Position numbers and translations under genes: made by a program. Of a DNA stretch of 64,000 nt, positions 1 through 13,099 are shown one piece after another. Position 1 is the first letter of the stretch. Each line of letters opens with the position of its first letter. The DNA lies in NCBI GenBank assembly GCA_036785375.1, contig JAWMAR010000076.1, positions 7,564,001 through 7,628,000 of the forward strand, written 5' to 3'. Under the pieces are notes generated by a model. The model did no database searches, was not told where the DNA came from, and worked only from the letters and a program-made list of their open reading frames with translations. This DNA comes from Leucoraja ocellata. Lineage: Eukaryota.

Positions 1-205
1 GAATTCTGCCTCAGAGGGCTGTGGAGGACAGTTCTCTGGATACTTTCCAGAGAGAGCATCATGATAGGGCTCATAAAGATAGCAGTCAGGGGTTATGGGG
101 AGAAGGCACGAATGAGGTACTGATTGTGGATGATCAACCATGATCACATTGAATGGTGGTGCTGGCTCAAAGGGCCAAATGGCCTACTTCTGCACCGCTT
201 GTCAA
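1..205 (+). mobile_element. CR1/HER1-type LINE 3' fragment
   Basis: Ends in ...gggttatggggagaaggca...gggccaaatggcctacttctgcacc, the same 3' tail as the CR1 copies at 17403 and 41490. Confidence 0.8.
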
Positions 206-1954
206 CCGTTGCTTCTTTATACCAGTTTTCTCCTTTCCATTTAGTCCTGATGCAGGTTTCTCTCCACCTCTCTTCCCCCCCCCCCCCCCCCCCCCCCACC
301 CCAAGATGCTGCTTGATCCATCAAGTTCCTCCAGCAGATTGTTTGTTGCTCCAGATTACAGCACTTATTTGTACTGGCTGGTCCAAACAGTAGTTCCTAA
401 TTAAGCAATGGTGAATGTTTGGAGCATGGCAGTAGTTTAAAAAATAATATATCCTGTTTACACAGAGCTAAACAAGAATGGCCATCCATGGGCTTTGTGG
501 AGTAATCAAGTCTAGCAATTAGAGACAGTTATAATGTCAACGACAGACAAAATAAGAATCATTGGGTAATTTTTTTTTTTTTTTTTTTAAATGGTAGAGG
601 GGTTGGAATCAGAGGTTGCTGGGCAACAGAGTTTACAGCAGGGAGCATAAATATTGTATTCAACTCTCCAATGTTTAATGGAGGAAACAGAGGGATGAGA
701 GACCTGGGTGCAGACAATACTCAAGGAAAGGGATTCAGTAGTTTCTGAAAAATATTGTTGAGTGTTGGAAATAAAGGACCTGGCAGATCGTGACATAAAA
801 CAGTGGCAAAAGAAACCACTACTGTTGAGTTTGCAACTGAGAGCAGATGGATGGGAATAGATAAATTGGGCGTGATCTTATCCAGCTGGAAACCAATGTT
901 AAGCCTGTGCCCCGGTAAATTGCATTGACCACACATTTTATTACATTGCAGCACCAAGTGGTTTGGTGAAGGTAGAATGTGCATGAGGAATAAACCAACA
1001 ATTATTCAATTTAAATACTGCAACAGATTTAGGGCATTCAATGAGAATTCCTTTGATCAACTGCAATGGAGCTGGAAGAATCATTGCATGGCAAGAAATT
1101 ATGAAGCAGATGCAGACATTAAATAATGAATGTAATTCAATTTCAAAACCCCTGAATCAAAAGGGAACAAAAAACATCAAAAGACAAACAAGATTAACAA
1201 GCTCCTCGTGATAAGAGCTTTGTTTGGCAAGGGTATTAAAGGTTACAGAACTAAGAGTGATCAATAAAATAAAAATACATTCAATGTAATTGTGTGACAG
1301 ATTAGGCACAAAAGGTCGATCTCAACTCTTGCTCCTCTGTGTCAGGCAGTCCAATCTGTAAACAGACTGAAAAACAAGCTCTGAACAGTCTTTACAGTCA
1401 GCCACTCATTTTGCTTCCTGTGTTTGACCCTATGGCTGGCACAGATCCATTCAATGGCCCAGCATCCGTGTTGGCTTCCTGGTATATGCATGACCAGAAT
1501 TGGCAACCGTACCACCTATGCCAGTGGCACCAATTACAAAGCTTCAGGACGTTGGTAAATTTGAAGGTATCGGTATGAAAGTGAAAGTTGATTGTGCACA
1601 TTCCTTGTTAGCTTCATCTGAGCAGAAACTCAACAACCCAGATCTTGAAACGTAATTATTGCCAATTGCCTAATTTTGCCCAACTCAAGACATCAGTGAC
1701 TAAAACTAACTCAATCTTGGTTTAATGTGGATGTGAACAATTAAATAATATCTAAACCTATGCTGTTAACACAAACCTAACATGCAGGAGTTGGTTAGGA
1801 AAGAATGTAGTCTGAACTGAATGAATTGGATTCATGTCTGCATCAATGAGGTTGTGAGCAGAAGTAATCAATTCTCATACTGGATAATTTCTTGAAGCAG
1901 TAACGCAGTGGGGTAAGGTCAATGCATGTCATTCAAATCAGTCTAATCAACATA

Positions 1955-2075
1955 CTTAAGAAATGCAGATACTGGAAAAATCGAAAGTAGACAAAAAAAT
2001 GATGGGGAAACTCAGCGGGTGAGGCAGCATCTATGGAGAGAAGGAATAGGCGACGTTTCAGGTCGAGACCCTTCT
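1955..2075 (-). mobile_element. Penelope-like element terminal fragment
   Basis: Matches the recurring tail gatgctgcc..ccgctgagtt..ctccagca found next to GIY-YIG fragments elsewhere in the window. Confidence 0.65.
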
Positions 2076-3829
2076 ACCTAGAACTTATAGAGCTCAAATC
2101 AAAACCAGAAACTCCTGAGTGTAATGGTGCAATAGAGAGAGAAAAAAAATTTGAGGTTGCAATGGAGACAAAGGGTAGTGTGTAGATATTATGGGACAGG
2201 ACCAACAACCCAAAGAACTTCAAGTGTCACCACAGGCAGAGATAAATTGCTGATTCTATCTTCATTTTAAGCAAAAAATACCTGCCTTCGGTAATTTATC
2301 TGCAAATTGACTTAGAAACCCCACTAGCTCACTTAAGGCCTTCAGAGAAGGAGACCCGATGTCTTCTATTTGGGCCTGTAAGTGTCTAACATCCCATGTA
2401 TTTGACCTGCTGATTGCCCAACTAATCTCTCTTCTGCAGTGAAGAACATAAGTAGTAGCACACCTCCCAATGTGCAAAGAAAAGCGATCTTACATCCCGA
2501 GACATACATTACAAGAGCTACATCCCGAAAAACGAATAATTTATTTTACATCAATGATAAACTTGTACAAAGCATAGACCACAGCTTGACCAATGGCAAA
2601 CTTCATAGTGGGATAGAGTCGCCAGTGTAGATTTACCAGAATGATGTGAAGCCACAGATAGTGACAGCCTCCAGACATTATAAATATCAAAATATTTACT
2701 TGTTCACACGAGGTATCAATGATCTGGGGCATTAATTGGTGGTTACATTGGCCATGAACTCACTGACATATTGGGATAGAAAACCATGTTCTGGTCCTGC
2801 TCTGTTCTGGTCCTGCTTTTTATGGAACACTGCATGCCATGAGGAGGCTTCAGGAAAAAGTGTTTTAAAGCATTGAGAGTTAAGTGAAACCTTCTTAAAT
2901 AATTAGACCATCCTCGATCAGCTACAACAAAGGTTAGCAGCTAATGAAAAGAAAGTTTTACTTCCAGATTAAGTTCGGCATTTTGTAAACCAGTTAGAGA
3001 AGCAGTACGTACAGAACTAAGTGGAGAGAGAAGAGCAGTAAGATGAGTTCTAACCATGCTGTGAAATGAGTCACTGGGTGGACCGGGATTATTGGTATGT
3101 TCAAAATCTCTGCAGTTCCCAGGATTTTAACTTATTAGTCACAGTTTGACCGATGTGGCGATTTGTGTCATATGAGGGCCGGGAAATGAAGGCCACCTGG
3201 TACAGAAAAACTCTCTCAAGAATTCTCAGAAAGTAATAGGAATGAGAGGTAGAGAGATTAGCTGGAATACTGGATTGTTTAGAAACATTACTCCCAAACC
3301 ACAGGAAAGTGTGACAATTGTGCAGAGATAAACACCTTCTCAATTACAATACTTGTGGGATCAATCAACCCCAACAATACAGATTATCTACCGTCACAGC
3401 AACATCTTAAGGAGCAATCCTGTAATTTTCTTAAGAATTGTGACAATACCAGATCAACCTTCCTCCCTCTATGTGGCAAGTTGTCCTAATTTAAGACAAG
3501 CCATGTATGGCTCATTGAAGTGGGCATCTCAATGGTAAATCTATAATTGTTGTTTCACTGCTAAAGCTATAGAATCATTATAAAGTGAAAATTCAAAAGT
3601 TGCCAGAAATTGATTTGCAATGTCCCCGATTACAAAGGTCAGTTGCTTAAGTGAAACACGGGTTTATCATTGGAACACTTGACACACACAGTGCTCGGAC
3701 AACACTGTAAAGTGCAAAAACAAACCTATTAACATAGCACCAGTCTTTTATGTTTTTGTATCTTTTCCGACAGCATCATTGCCTGTGCAGAGCTTAATGC
3801 AGGAATTGCTGCTCTCAGGAGGGATGAAT

Positions 3830-4003
3830 GCTGGAACCCAGTTGGCTCTGATGGCACAAAGGGGAAGGAGAATGAGTCCTTGTTGTCTACAAAGTGGAGC
3901 CAAGTCCTTGTCACCCCCTTTCAAGTTTGTCCTGCATCCGCACCAGAGGCATCCTTTAAACCAACAGAGTCTTCAGTGATACAGACAGTCACACAGGAGG
4001 AAC
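3830..4003 (-). other. Gene A terminal (3'UTR) exon; 3' end not defined
   Basis: Acceptor ctcttgttgacag| followed by sequence that aligns by eye to 54324-54480 of gene B (ctgtgtgact..tcactgaagactctg..ggtttaaaggatgcctc..gcagga..aaggacttgg..cattctccttcccc). Confidence 0.7.
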
Positions 4004-4959
4004 CTGTCAACAAGAGCATAGGTTAATGCTGACTTCCTGCAGGTATAGAGGTTAGAGAAATTTGTTTAGTAATATAAATACTCTGACTTCATTTCAAGGA
4101 GCTGGAATATAAAGATTACAACCCAATGTATATACTTAGTCAGACACAGCTGGAGCGACTGTCTAATTCTGCACTTAATTTTAGGTAGGAGAGTCTAGCC
4201 CAAGGATGGAATGGCGATGATGCTTTTCACCTCCTGTCTGATTGGGGTGGTGTGAAGGGAGGACGGTGGAAAACAGGTGCTATCACTCACAATAAAGAAA
4301 AGTTATAACCTGGCTCTTCCAAGATCAAATGTATTAAGTGAGATAGGATCTGAAATCCTCAAACCCCCACCCATCACCAAGAGGGCATGGATTTAGATGG
4401 TTATTTATATTAAATTGGAGATTTCAAGACAAAGCATAATATATTATTTTCATCCATCAGGCCATTTCAGAGGTTCAGCACCTTCATATTTCCCTCCCCA
4501 GAGTGTTCCTCATTTCCTGATAGCCATAACCTCACAGTTCTGGTAACATCCGTGAAAACCTTAGTTGAATTGTAGGTTTTTGTTGCAGTGCAAGGATCTC
4601 TGCTGGCCAACACAAGTGCCTTGGTAGATCAAACTGGGACTGTGTTGAACTCATCTGCCTAATTATCCACCAAAAGAAAAGGCTTACAATGTTATAAAGG
4701 AATATATCCGTGGGATTTGGAAATTTCAGAATTCAAAGACATTGATAAAGAATGGCTAGATTTTGTACTTTCCTAGGAGCAAAAGCAGGCTGTAAAAGCT
4801 TTACATGGATGCAAAAAATAAACATTAGCGACTTATTGCTAGTGGGAGTGCTTTGCAGACAGGGGAAATTATATTGATAAACAAATAGAAAAACTGTGGA
4901 GGCATTTTTCACAATTTTCTTTGCATATCTTTTAATCATATGTCCCATGTACCTCCCAC

Positions 4960-5510
4960 ATCTCCCATTTCCATTTCCCAACTGTCTGTCTGAAGAAGGG
5001 CCTCGACCCGAAATGTAATCTCAAGTCAAGAGTTTATTGTCATGTGTCCCTGACAGGACAATGACATTCTTGCTTTGCTTCAGCACAACAGAACATAGTA
5101 GGCATTGACTACAAAACAGATCAGTGTGTCCATATACCATTATATACGCAAATACACACATGAATAAATAAACTGATGAAGTGCAAATAGCAGGTAATGG
5201 GCTATTAATGTTCAGAGTTTTGTCCCAGCCAAGTTTAATAGCCTGATGGCTATGGGGAAGTAGCTATTCCTGAACTGGTCATTGCAGTCTTCAGGCTCCT
5301 GTACCTTCTACCTGAAGGTAGCAGGGAGATGAGTGTTTGGCCAGGATGGTGTGGGTCCTTGATGATATTGCCAGCCTTTTTATGGCAGCGACTGCGATAG
5401 ATCCCGTCGATGGGAGGTCAGAGCCGATGATCGACTGGGCAGTGTTTACACCTTTTCTCCAGAGATGCTGCCTGACCTGCTGAGTTATTCTAGCTTTTTG
5501 TGTCTATCTT
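4960..5510 (+). mobile_element. Penelope terminal fragment interrupted by a minus-strand LINE 3' fragment (~5020-5450)
   Basis: The ctgaagaagggcctcgacccgaaa motif at 4990 resumes as ccttttctccagagatgctgcctgacc at 5451. The intervening segment begins with tttattgtc (reverse complement of gacaataaa), like the other Rex/L2-type 3' ends here. Confidence 0.6.
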
Positions 5511-5718
5511 AAGAGTTCCCATTATTGGGTATTAATTTAGACTGAAGATCGTTAAGGACCAGAGAAATAAAGAATAAGTTGGTAATTTTTTGGGAAGCTG
5601 TGACCAGTGAGGTGCTGCAGGGATTGGTGCCTCAGCTCAGCTTTTCATGATCTATTTCAGAGAGACTTTTTATTGTTGTAGACAAATCACAAAATTGTGC
5701 TGACGAAAGCTCAAGATA

Positions 5719-5975
5719 CAGTGCATTCGGAAAGTATTCAGACCACTTCACTTTTTCCACATTTTGTTACGTTAGTCTTATTTTAAAATTGATTCATTTT
5801 TTTAAATCATCAATCTACACACAATACCCCAGAATAAAAGCAGCAAAAACAGGTGTTGCAAAGTAATTAAAAAGAAATGTGAAATATCACATTTACATAA
5901 GTATTCAGGCCCTTTGCCATAACACTCAAAATTGCGCCTGGGTTCATCCTGCTTCCATTGATTAACCTCGAGATG
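5719..5975. mobile_element. Tc1/mariner terminal fragment (same family as 42253-43872)
   Basis: TA-CAGTGCATTCGGAAAGTATTCAGACCACTTCA is nearly identical to the TIR at 42253. Confidence 0.85.
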
Positions 5976-6365
5976 TTTTTCCCTCCCTCCTTCCTCTCCT
6001 TCTCCTTTTTCTCCCTCACCCTCATATTCCATCCCTCCTTCTCCCTCCCCTCTCCATCCTCTCCCTCCCTCCACCCCTCCCCCTTGAGCCCACCCACCAT
6101 TCTATAAAATCAAGGCCAATCCCACTGTAACTGCAATCCCACTGGTAACCATTCACCACTAGGCTTATCCAGAATTCTACCACTGCCTGAAAAATAATCA
6201 ATAGCTCAACTTCCACTGAGAAAGATAATTCCAATAGAGGGGGCAGCAAAGGATTACCAGGTTGATATCAGCAAACGGAGTTAATCTTATCAAGCTAAGA
6301 TGATCTCTGGTTTGAAATGCCAATTGCAGGCTTTGAATTTCTCCTGACAGGATCAGCTAGAACTA

Positions 6366-7973
6366 CAGTGCCCTCCATAATGTTTGGGACAAAGACCCAT
6401 CATTTATTTATTTACCTCTGTACTCCACAATTCGAGATTTGTAATAGAAAAAAATCACATGTGGTTAAAGTGCATATTGTCAGATATTATTATACATTTA
6501 GGTATCACCATGTAGAAATTACAGCTGTGTTTATACACATTTCAAGGCACCATAACGTTTTAGACACATGGCTTCACAGGCGTTTGTAATTGCTCAGGTG
6601 TGTTCATTTGCCTCCTTAATGCAGGTATAAGAGCTCTCAGCACCTAGCCTTTCCTCCAGTCTTTCCATCACTTTGGAAACTTTTATTGCTGTTTATGAAC
6701 ATGAGGACCAAAGCTGTGCCAATGAAAGTCAAATAAGCCATTATGAGACTGAGAAATAAGAATAAAATTTTTAGAGACATCAGCCAAACCTTACGCTTGC
6801 CAAAATCAACTGTTTGAAACATCGTTAAGAAGAATGAGAGCACTGGTAAGCTTACTAATCGCAAAGGGACTGGCAGGCCAAGGAAGACCTCCACAGCTGA
6901 TGACAGTAGAATATCTCTATAATAAATGAAAAACCCCATACAGCTGTCGAACGGATCGGAAACACTATTCAGGAGTCGGGTGTGGATTTGTCAATGACCA
7001 CTATCCGCAGAAAACTTCATGACCAGAAATACAGAGGATTCACTGCAAGATGCAAACAACTGGTTTGCCGCAAAAATAGGATGGCCGGATTACAGTTTTC
7101 CAAGAAATATTAAAATGAGGAACCACAGTTCTGGAAAAAGGTCTTGTGGATAGATGAGACGAAGATTATCTTATAGTTAAAGGCAAGAGCATAATATGGA
7201 GGAACGAAGAAACTGCTCAAGATCCAAAGCATACCACCTCATCTGGGTTTTATGGCCTGGACATGTATGGCTGCTGAAGGTACTGACTCACTTTTCTTCA
7301 TTGATGATATACCTGCTGATGGTAGCAGCATAATGAATTTGGAAGTGTATAGACACATCGTATCTACTCAAGTTCAAACAAATGCCTCAAAACTCATTGG
7401 TCGGCAGTTCATTCTACAGTAAGACAATGATCCCAAACATACTATTAAAGCAACAAAGGAATTTTTCAAAGCTAAATGGAATGGTCAATTCTTGAGTGGC
7501 CATGTCAATCACCCGATCTGAACGCAATTGAGCATGCGTTTTATATGCTGAAGAGAAAACTGAAGGGGACTACCCCTAAAACAAGCATAAGCTAAAGATG
7601 GCTGCAATACAGGCCTGGCAGAGATTCACCAGAGAAGACACCCAGCAACCGGTGATGTCTATGAATCGCAGACTTCAAGCAGTCATTGGCATGCAAAGGA
7701 TATGCAACAAAATACTAAACATGACTACTTTCATTTGCATGACATTGCTGTGTCCGAAACATTATGGTGCCTTGAAATGGGGGGGACTATGTATAAACAC
7801 TGCTGTAATTTCTACATGGCGAAACCAAAATGCAAAAAAAATGACCTTTATTAAAATCTGACAATGTGCACTTTAACCACGTGATTTTTTTCTATTATAA
7901 ATCTCAATTTGTGGAGTACAGAGGCAAATAAATAAATTATGGGTCTTTGTCCCACACATTATGGAGGGCACTG
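6366..7973 (+). mobile_element. Full-length Tc1/mariner transposon with a degenerate transposase, in the last intron of gene A
   Basis: TA|CAGTGCCCTCCATAATGT...ACATTATGGAGGGCACTG|TA with long (~200 bp) TIRs. Internal remnants GRPRKT, LWIDETKI, DNDPKH and SPDLNAIEH are broken by stops and frameshifts. Confidence 0.92.
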
Positions 7974-8362
7974 TAGGTGTCAGGCGCAAAATAAGAGCCG
8001 AGCCATTTAAGCCGAGTTAGAGGCAAGAAGAATCTCTCACTCCCCCCTCCCCGGAGTATCTATGAAATTATATCCAGTCAGCTGTGCAGGCTTTAAAGTG
8101 CAGTGTTGGAGCACATTCAAGGATGGTCAATATACATTTATTAATATTAAGCAAATCAAAGGATGTGGGGTTCATGTACGGAAGTGACAGAGGTCAGAGA
8201 TGACCTCACTGAATGGCAGAACTGGCAAGAGGCACTGATGGGTTCCTCTTTCTCATGGTTTTATAGTAGCACACCTGGGTGTGTGAATGAAACCACGATC
8301 TGCTTAGATAGAATTCCCGGATAATTCGATACTCACCACAGGACTCCAATCGCATTGTCCAG

Positions 8363-8457
8363 TTACCACCAACTCCAACAAACAGCTATAATCAGAACAA
8401 GCGCGCAGACGCTGGCACCAGTCGCACCAATTACCGTTCCCAACGGAATCCTGTGAA
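8363..8457 (-). CDS. Gene A hydrophobic/transmembrane exon with stop codon (IHRIPLGTVIGATGASVCALVLIIAVCWSWW*)
   Basis: Acceptor attttgcag| at 8458, in frame with the IgC exon; TAA at 8365-8363; strong donor |gtgagt after 8337. The paralogous exon in gene B ends the same way. Confidence 0.85.
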
Positions 8458-8793
8458 CTGCAAAATATTCACACGTGGCTTACCAGAATACTCATCATTA
8501 TCAACCTTCAGTACAAGACCCTCCAGATCAGCGTGTTTTACCCGTTTCCTCTTGAAACAAATTATTGAAACTTCTGCCATTGCCCTTTACGGGAGTGCAT
8601 TTCAGATTGCAACAATTTGTTTCATCTGTCTATTTTATATCATAAACATGAACTTTGCAACGAGTGATGTCTGAACCACAGTTTAAACAGAAATATAGAA
8701 CTCCATCTAACATAAAGGCCAGATTTGACGTGGTTAGACACCGTTGGCCAATGTAGTTAATGTTCTATACCACACAATGCATACCATACTCAC

Positions 8794-9075
8794 TTAAGGA
8801 AAAAGTTGACGATAATCCTTCGTCCAACTGCTGGTCCCACATTGTGCACGTGTAGTTGCCGGTGGGCCAGTTCACCAGTTCCAGCGTGCTCTTCACACAG
8901 ACACTGCCACCTGTGCAGTTAAAAAGCTCTGTGTGCGAGTGCCTGGTCAGATTCTCCCCCAATCCATTTTCCCAGGTGACGCTAGGAGCTGGGTACCACT
9001 CGGAGGACTCGCAGACCAGCACCAACAGGCCCAGATCATCACCAGACGAATGAATGACTGGTTGGGTGCCGAGAG
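8794..9075 (-). CDS. Gene A IgC (CD80-like C-set) exon
   Basis: 282-nt phase 1-1 exon bounded by ttttgccttgcag| and |gtgagt. Translation ALGTQPVI...LVCESSEWYPAPSVTW...NYTCTM matches the BTN/B7 IgC pattern C-x-S-x-G/E-W-Y/F-P-x-P-x-V-x-W. Confidence 0.92.
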
Positions 9076-11537
9076 CTGCAAGGCAAAAGTAAACAGTTTA
9101 AACTAAGCCAACAAAGCACAAGGAATCTTACCTCACTGGATCGCCTTGGCAATGTTGTCCATCTGGGCTCAGCTTGTGAATCGTTGATTAATTTTAGGCT
9201 TGTTGTGAGGAGAGAGTGGTGAGGGACAAAAAAAGTGATGGAGATCTTGAGTTTAAATGGATTCATGAAAGGACTTTGCAAACAGGTGCTGGATAACAAA
9301 ATAAAAAGTCAAATGGTATGACTTAGTCTATCTTTGGGCTCCAGGAAGAGGGTAAAGGCATGGGAAAAGATATGGAGACTACTGTTCAAAGGACTAAGTT
9401 ATATAGAGAAGAAGGGAAAATTCTTCTTGCAATATAGAAAGACAAGGGATGATTTAAATGGGTCTTTCTAAATTATGGTATTTTTAAGGACCAGCACTAC
9501 AGCTGCAACGAGTTATGGTGGTCTTGAATGTTCCTTAAAGGGGGACCTTGGAGATTTAGCTGGAACATAAAATACGGATCAAATCTTAAGGGGTAAACAG
9601 TCAAATTTGAGGGAAAGAATTAAAATGGAGAAGTTGAACTTCCTGTCTTTAAAGGACATGGGATAAATGGAGGTCTGCTCTGCCTATCAATTTTATTAAA
9701 TGATGAGACCTAAAGGGAAGTGGCACTGATAAACAAGTTAATTCAAATTGAATATTCTTCAGCAAGTCGTCTCTTTCTTTGTTCTGGTAAAGCATCATGT
9801 TTTCTGGTCAGGTTAAATTCCAAGAGATGTTAAAGCACGGCAGCTGAAGCAGCAGATCGAAGGCTAACCAATAGATTAGCCTGCTGGTTCTTCCATCATC
9901 GCCCTGGCAAAAGAATCTTGTTATGTATTCAGACTTCCGTTCCTTGCTCAATCCTGCTCTCTTGCGCTCCCAGCCTCCTGTGTACATCGTTCGGTATATC
10001 AGCCTTGGCTGGGGACCAACCCTTGCCCCAGAGCCACTGTAGGACAGGAGCTGGCACAGAAAAGAAACTCAGTACCCTTGCACTCCACAATATGAAGGAC
10101 ATACAACTACTTTCAATTCATTCAAGTCATTGATCTGTCATACATTTACAAATGAATGGGAAACCAAATCTTTCAGCTACATCCTGGTTATTTCTAGCTT
10201 GTGCACAAATCCTGCTTACATTGCCAAGAGGAGTAGCTGGACTACCAACAACCAGCACCTATCCCCAACCCCACCCTCTTCACATCTGAACAGATCAGTC
10301 ACTCCTCCTTCCATTCAGCAATTCCTTGCTGTCACCATGCCATATTCCCCATTTTCCTGAAATCAAACTCTCAACATGCACTAACTCTCAATATTATCCC
10401 TTCCCTTCTACTCCCTTATGTATTACAGAAAATGTGTGAAAATCACAGATAATGGATGGAATGATTCAGCATGGCTCGGAGGGTAGCCCGCTCCAAGCCC
10501 CCAATCCAGGTACTTGCACACAAAATAGAGGTCAACACCTCAGCGCAGTACCAAAGATCTGTTGCAACATCTGATGTGCCATCTTTCAGGTGTAATTTTT
10601 AACTGACACTCTGCCTCCTCTCATTCAGGGAAGGTTTGAAAAGATAATTGTTTTCAAAAGGTTCTGAATTCTCACCTGTCCTACACCAATCCCAAATTCC
10701 AATTCACCAGAACAAATGACCATGTTGGTAAAGTAGTCCCTTTTGTGGAATCTTGTGTGAAAATTAGCTGGGTCACCTCCATTGTAGCATTTTAAAACTA
10801 TATTACAAGTGACGTTGGGATTATTGGGGCTGTTAAGTTCCCAGAAAATGTTCCACAACACAATTTTTCATCATGTGAAACTGGGTCATCTGCGTATGTG
10901 TCAAGAAATGAATTGAAATGATAGTTTACTTTTTGCACAAATCTCGTAAAGAGTAAATTTTAATTCCCTGAATTCCCTTAACCAGCATTGGTTCTTCAGT
11001 TTGATGCTGTACAAATTCCTTTGACAACATCCCACAGAAACTTCAAATACCCTCTCTCGCTGGGAAATACAGCTCTTTGCTGACATTCACCAAAACTAGC
11101 ATGCATCTCAACTGCACATCCCTTGTTGCCTGCTACCAGGAAAATACAAAGGCTGCCTAGTATTGTCTGCTATACAGGCTACAGCCCTGACTTGAAGCCT
11201 CATATCACTCAGCAGCAGGTTCTTTCTACACCCCAACAGTGGAAATTTGAAACATTGTCACAGGAAAAAGAGGTGAACCCAATTGCTTTCTGCACTGTTC
11301 AACAAAACATTTAAAAGTCTGCACAGCTTCAACCTCGAGCTGAACCTCAACCAAGATCACTTACTTCAGCTCTGTAATATCATTTTATTTCCCTTATCTC
11401 TGATGAACAAATGAACATATTCAGAAATTTAAAGACAAAAAGCTTGCGCTAGCAGAAAATGGCTACAAAAGTACCAGATTTCTATAAAATCCCAACCAGC
11501 CCACTGTATTGAAAATTCTGTTTTTTTATTATGGGCT

Positions 11538-11848
11538 AATAGAAACATAGAAAATAGGTGCAGGAGTAGGCCATTCAGCCCTTCAAGCCTGCACCGCCAT
11601 TCAATATGATCATGGCTGATCATCCAACTCAGTATCCTGTTCCTGCCTTCTCTCCATACCCCCTGATCCCTTTAGCCACAAGGGCCACATCTAACTCCCT
11701 CTTAAATATAGCCAATTAACTGGCCTCAACTACCTTCTGCGGCAGAGAATTCCAGAGATTCACCACTCTGTGTGAAAAAAGGTTTCCTCATCTCGGTCCT
11801 AAAAGATTTCCCCCTTATCCTTAAACTATGACCCCTTGTTCTGGAATA
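11538..11848 (-). mobile_element. CR1/HER1 LINE 3' fragment
   Basis: Nearly identical to the 3' end of the long CR1 at 17403 (atagaaacatagaaaataggtgcaggagt...); encodes SRTRGHSLRIRGKSFRTEMRK. Confidence 0.9.
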
Positions 11849-12636
11849 CTTGACCCACAGACTCTCTCCAACATCATCCATTTCTTTCTGCCTCCGAAAC
11901 ATCCCAGTCATCACCCCATCTCTGGGCGACCAGAGTAATGGACTTGGATGCTTGCCTGCCAACGATAACCAATTCCCAGGAACAGAGGCATTAATACAAA
12001 CCGTTTTACTCAGAGAGCAACCATGCTCTCATTCCTGGTGTTAAAGAAGGACCATTATATTTCTCATTGATCAAACCTGTATCTTACGATAATCAATAAG
12101 AGGGTACCGATTATACTTTACTTTTAATCAGCTCAACCAGACGACAGACACAACGCATTCCGAGGCACAAGGCATGGCATAGGTTTTAAATTACCTTGTC
12201 CAGATGGGAGAAGCAGTACTTCCAGTTGAAAGTACTCATCTCCAGATCCCTTCTGCTTTTATAAAGCACTGAAGAATAAGAAGTCAGCAATGTGGCACAT
12301 TGTGTTAGGGCTCTGACATACGACCACAAGTAATAGCAAAGAGTCTCAGGCCATGATCCCAATCCCACACACGATTTTCTGGACTTGCTGGGCCACTGTG
12401 GAAAGATACTGGGCGCAGATTGAGGGAAGGAACACAAACAAAGCCCAGGAGAGGATTTAATTTTGATTTTATATACACATATAGATATATCTAAAAAAAA
12501 GCTTTCAGTTTAGTATCCAAGTTTAAACACAGCTTTGCTCCAATCATGATCAGACTGATACCTGTACAAGAGTTTTAGAAAGAAGCAATTAATTCATTAT
12601 CTTTGAACCAGTGAAACAAGTATCACTCATCCTTAC

Positions 12637-12984
12637 CTCGGATACTGAGGAAGACTTGTGCATCGGAGTCTTGTGATCGGCTGGAGACATGGAGTTTATA
12701 GATTCCAGTGTCTAACAGAGACATGTTCCTCAGTCTCAGGGACAAGTTCCCATTGGAAATCTCGTTGGGAAAGACTTCAGTGCGGTTGCGAAAACTTGGA
12801 TCTTGCTCCGTCTGGTTGCTTTGGTTCCTTGGGTAAATGTAGACAATTCCCATTGTATCTGCCTTCTTCCAAACAAACGCCACACTGCCAATCTTATTCC
12901 CAGTCTTAAATCGACACTGGATAACATCATCATCTCCAGCTTTGGCTGTGACTCTGTCTTCGCTGCACTGCACCTTGAGGCGAC
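12637..12984 (-). CDS. Gene A IgV-set exon (B7/BTN-like; resembles VTCN1/CD276-type V domains)
   Basis: 348-nt phase 1-1 exon bounded by tttatag| and |gtaagg. Translation RLKVQCSEDRVTAKAGDDDVIQC...VW...EQDPSFRNRTEVFPNEISNGNLSLRLRNMSLLDTGIYKL... carries B7-family V-domain motifs (Q-x3-F/Y-R-x-R-T, GNxSLRL, DxGxY). Confidence 0.92.
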
Positions 12985-13099
12985 CTATAAATGTGATAAC
13001 CAAGAGTAGATTAAGCTGATCACCATCAGAAATAGAAAGCTTCATACAGTACTTCATGCTAATGCACCAGTCCATATCATGATAGGATAGATAGCACAA

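Noticed and set aside
8337-8457. Gene A as a frameshifted pseudogene (121-nt TM exon; deleting one T would read through to a phase-1 donor)
   Set aside because: Gene B has the same WSW-stop ending in the same frame, so the stop is shared rather than a lesion or sequencing error. Not fully excluded without cDNA.
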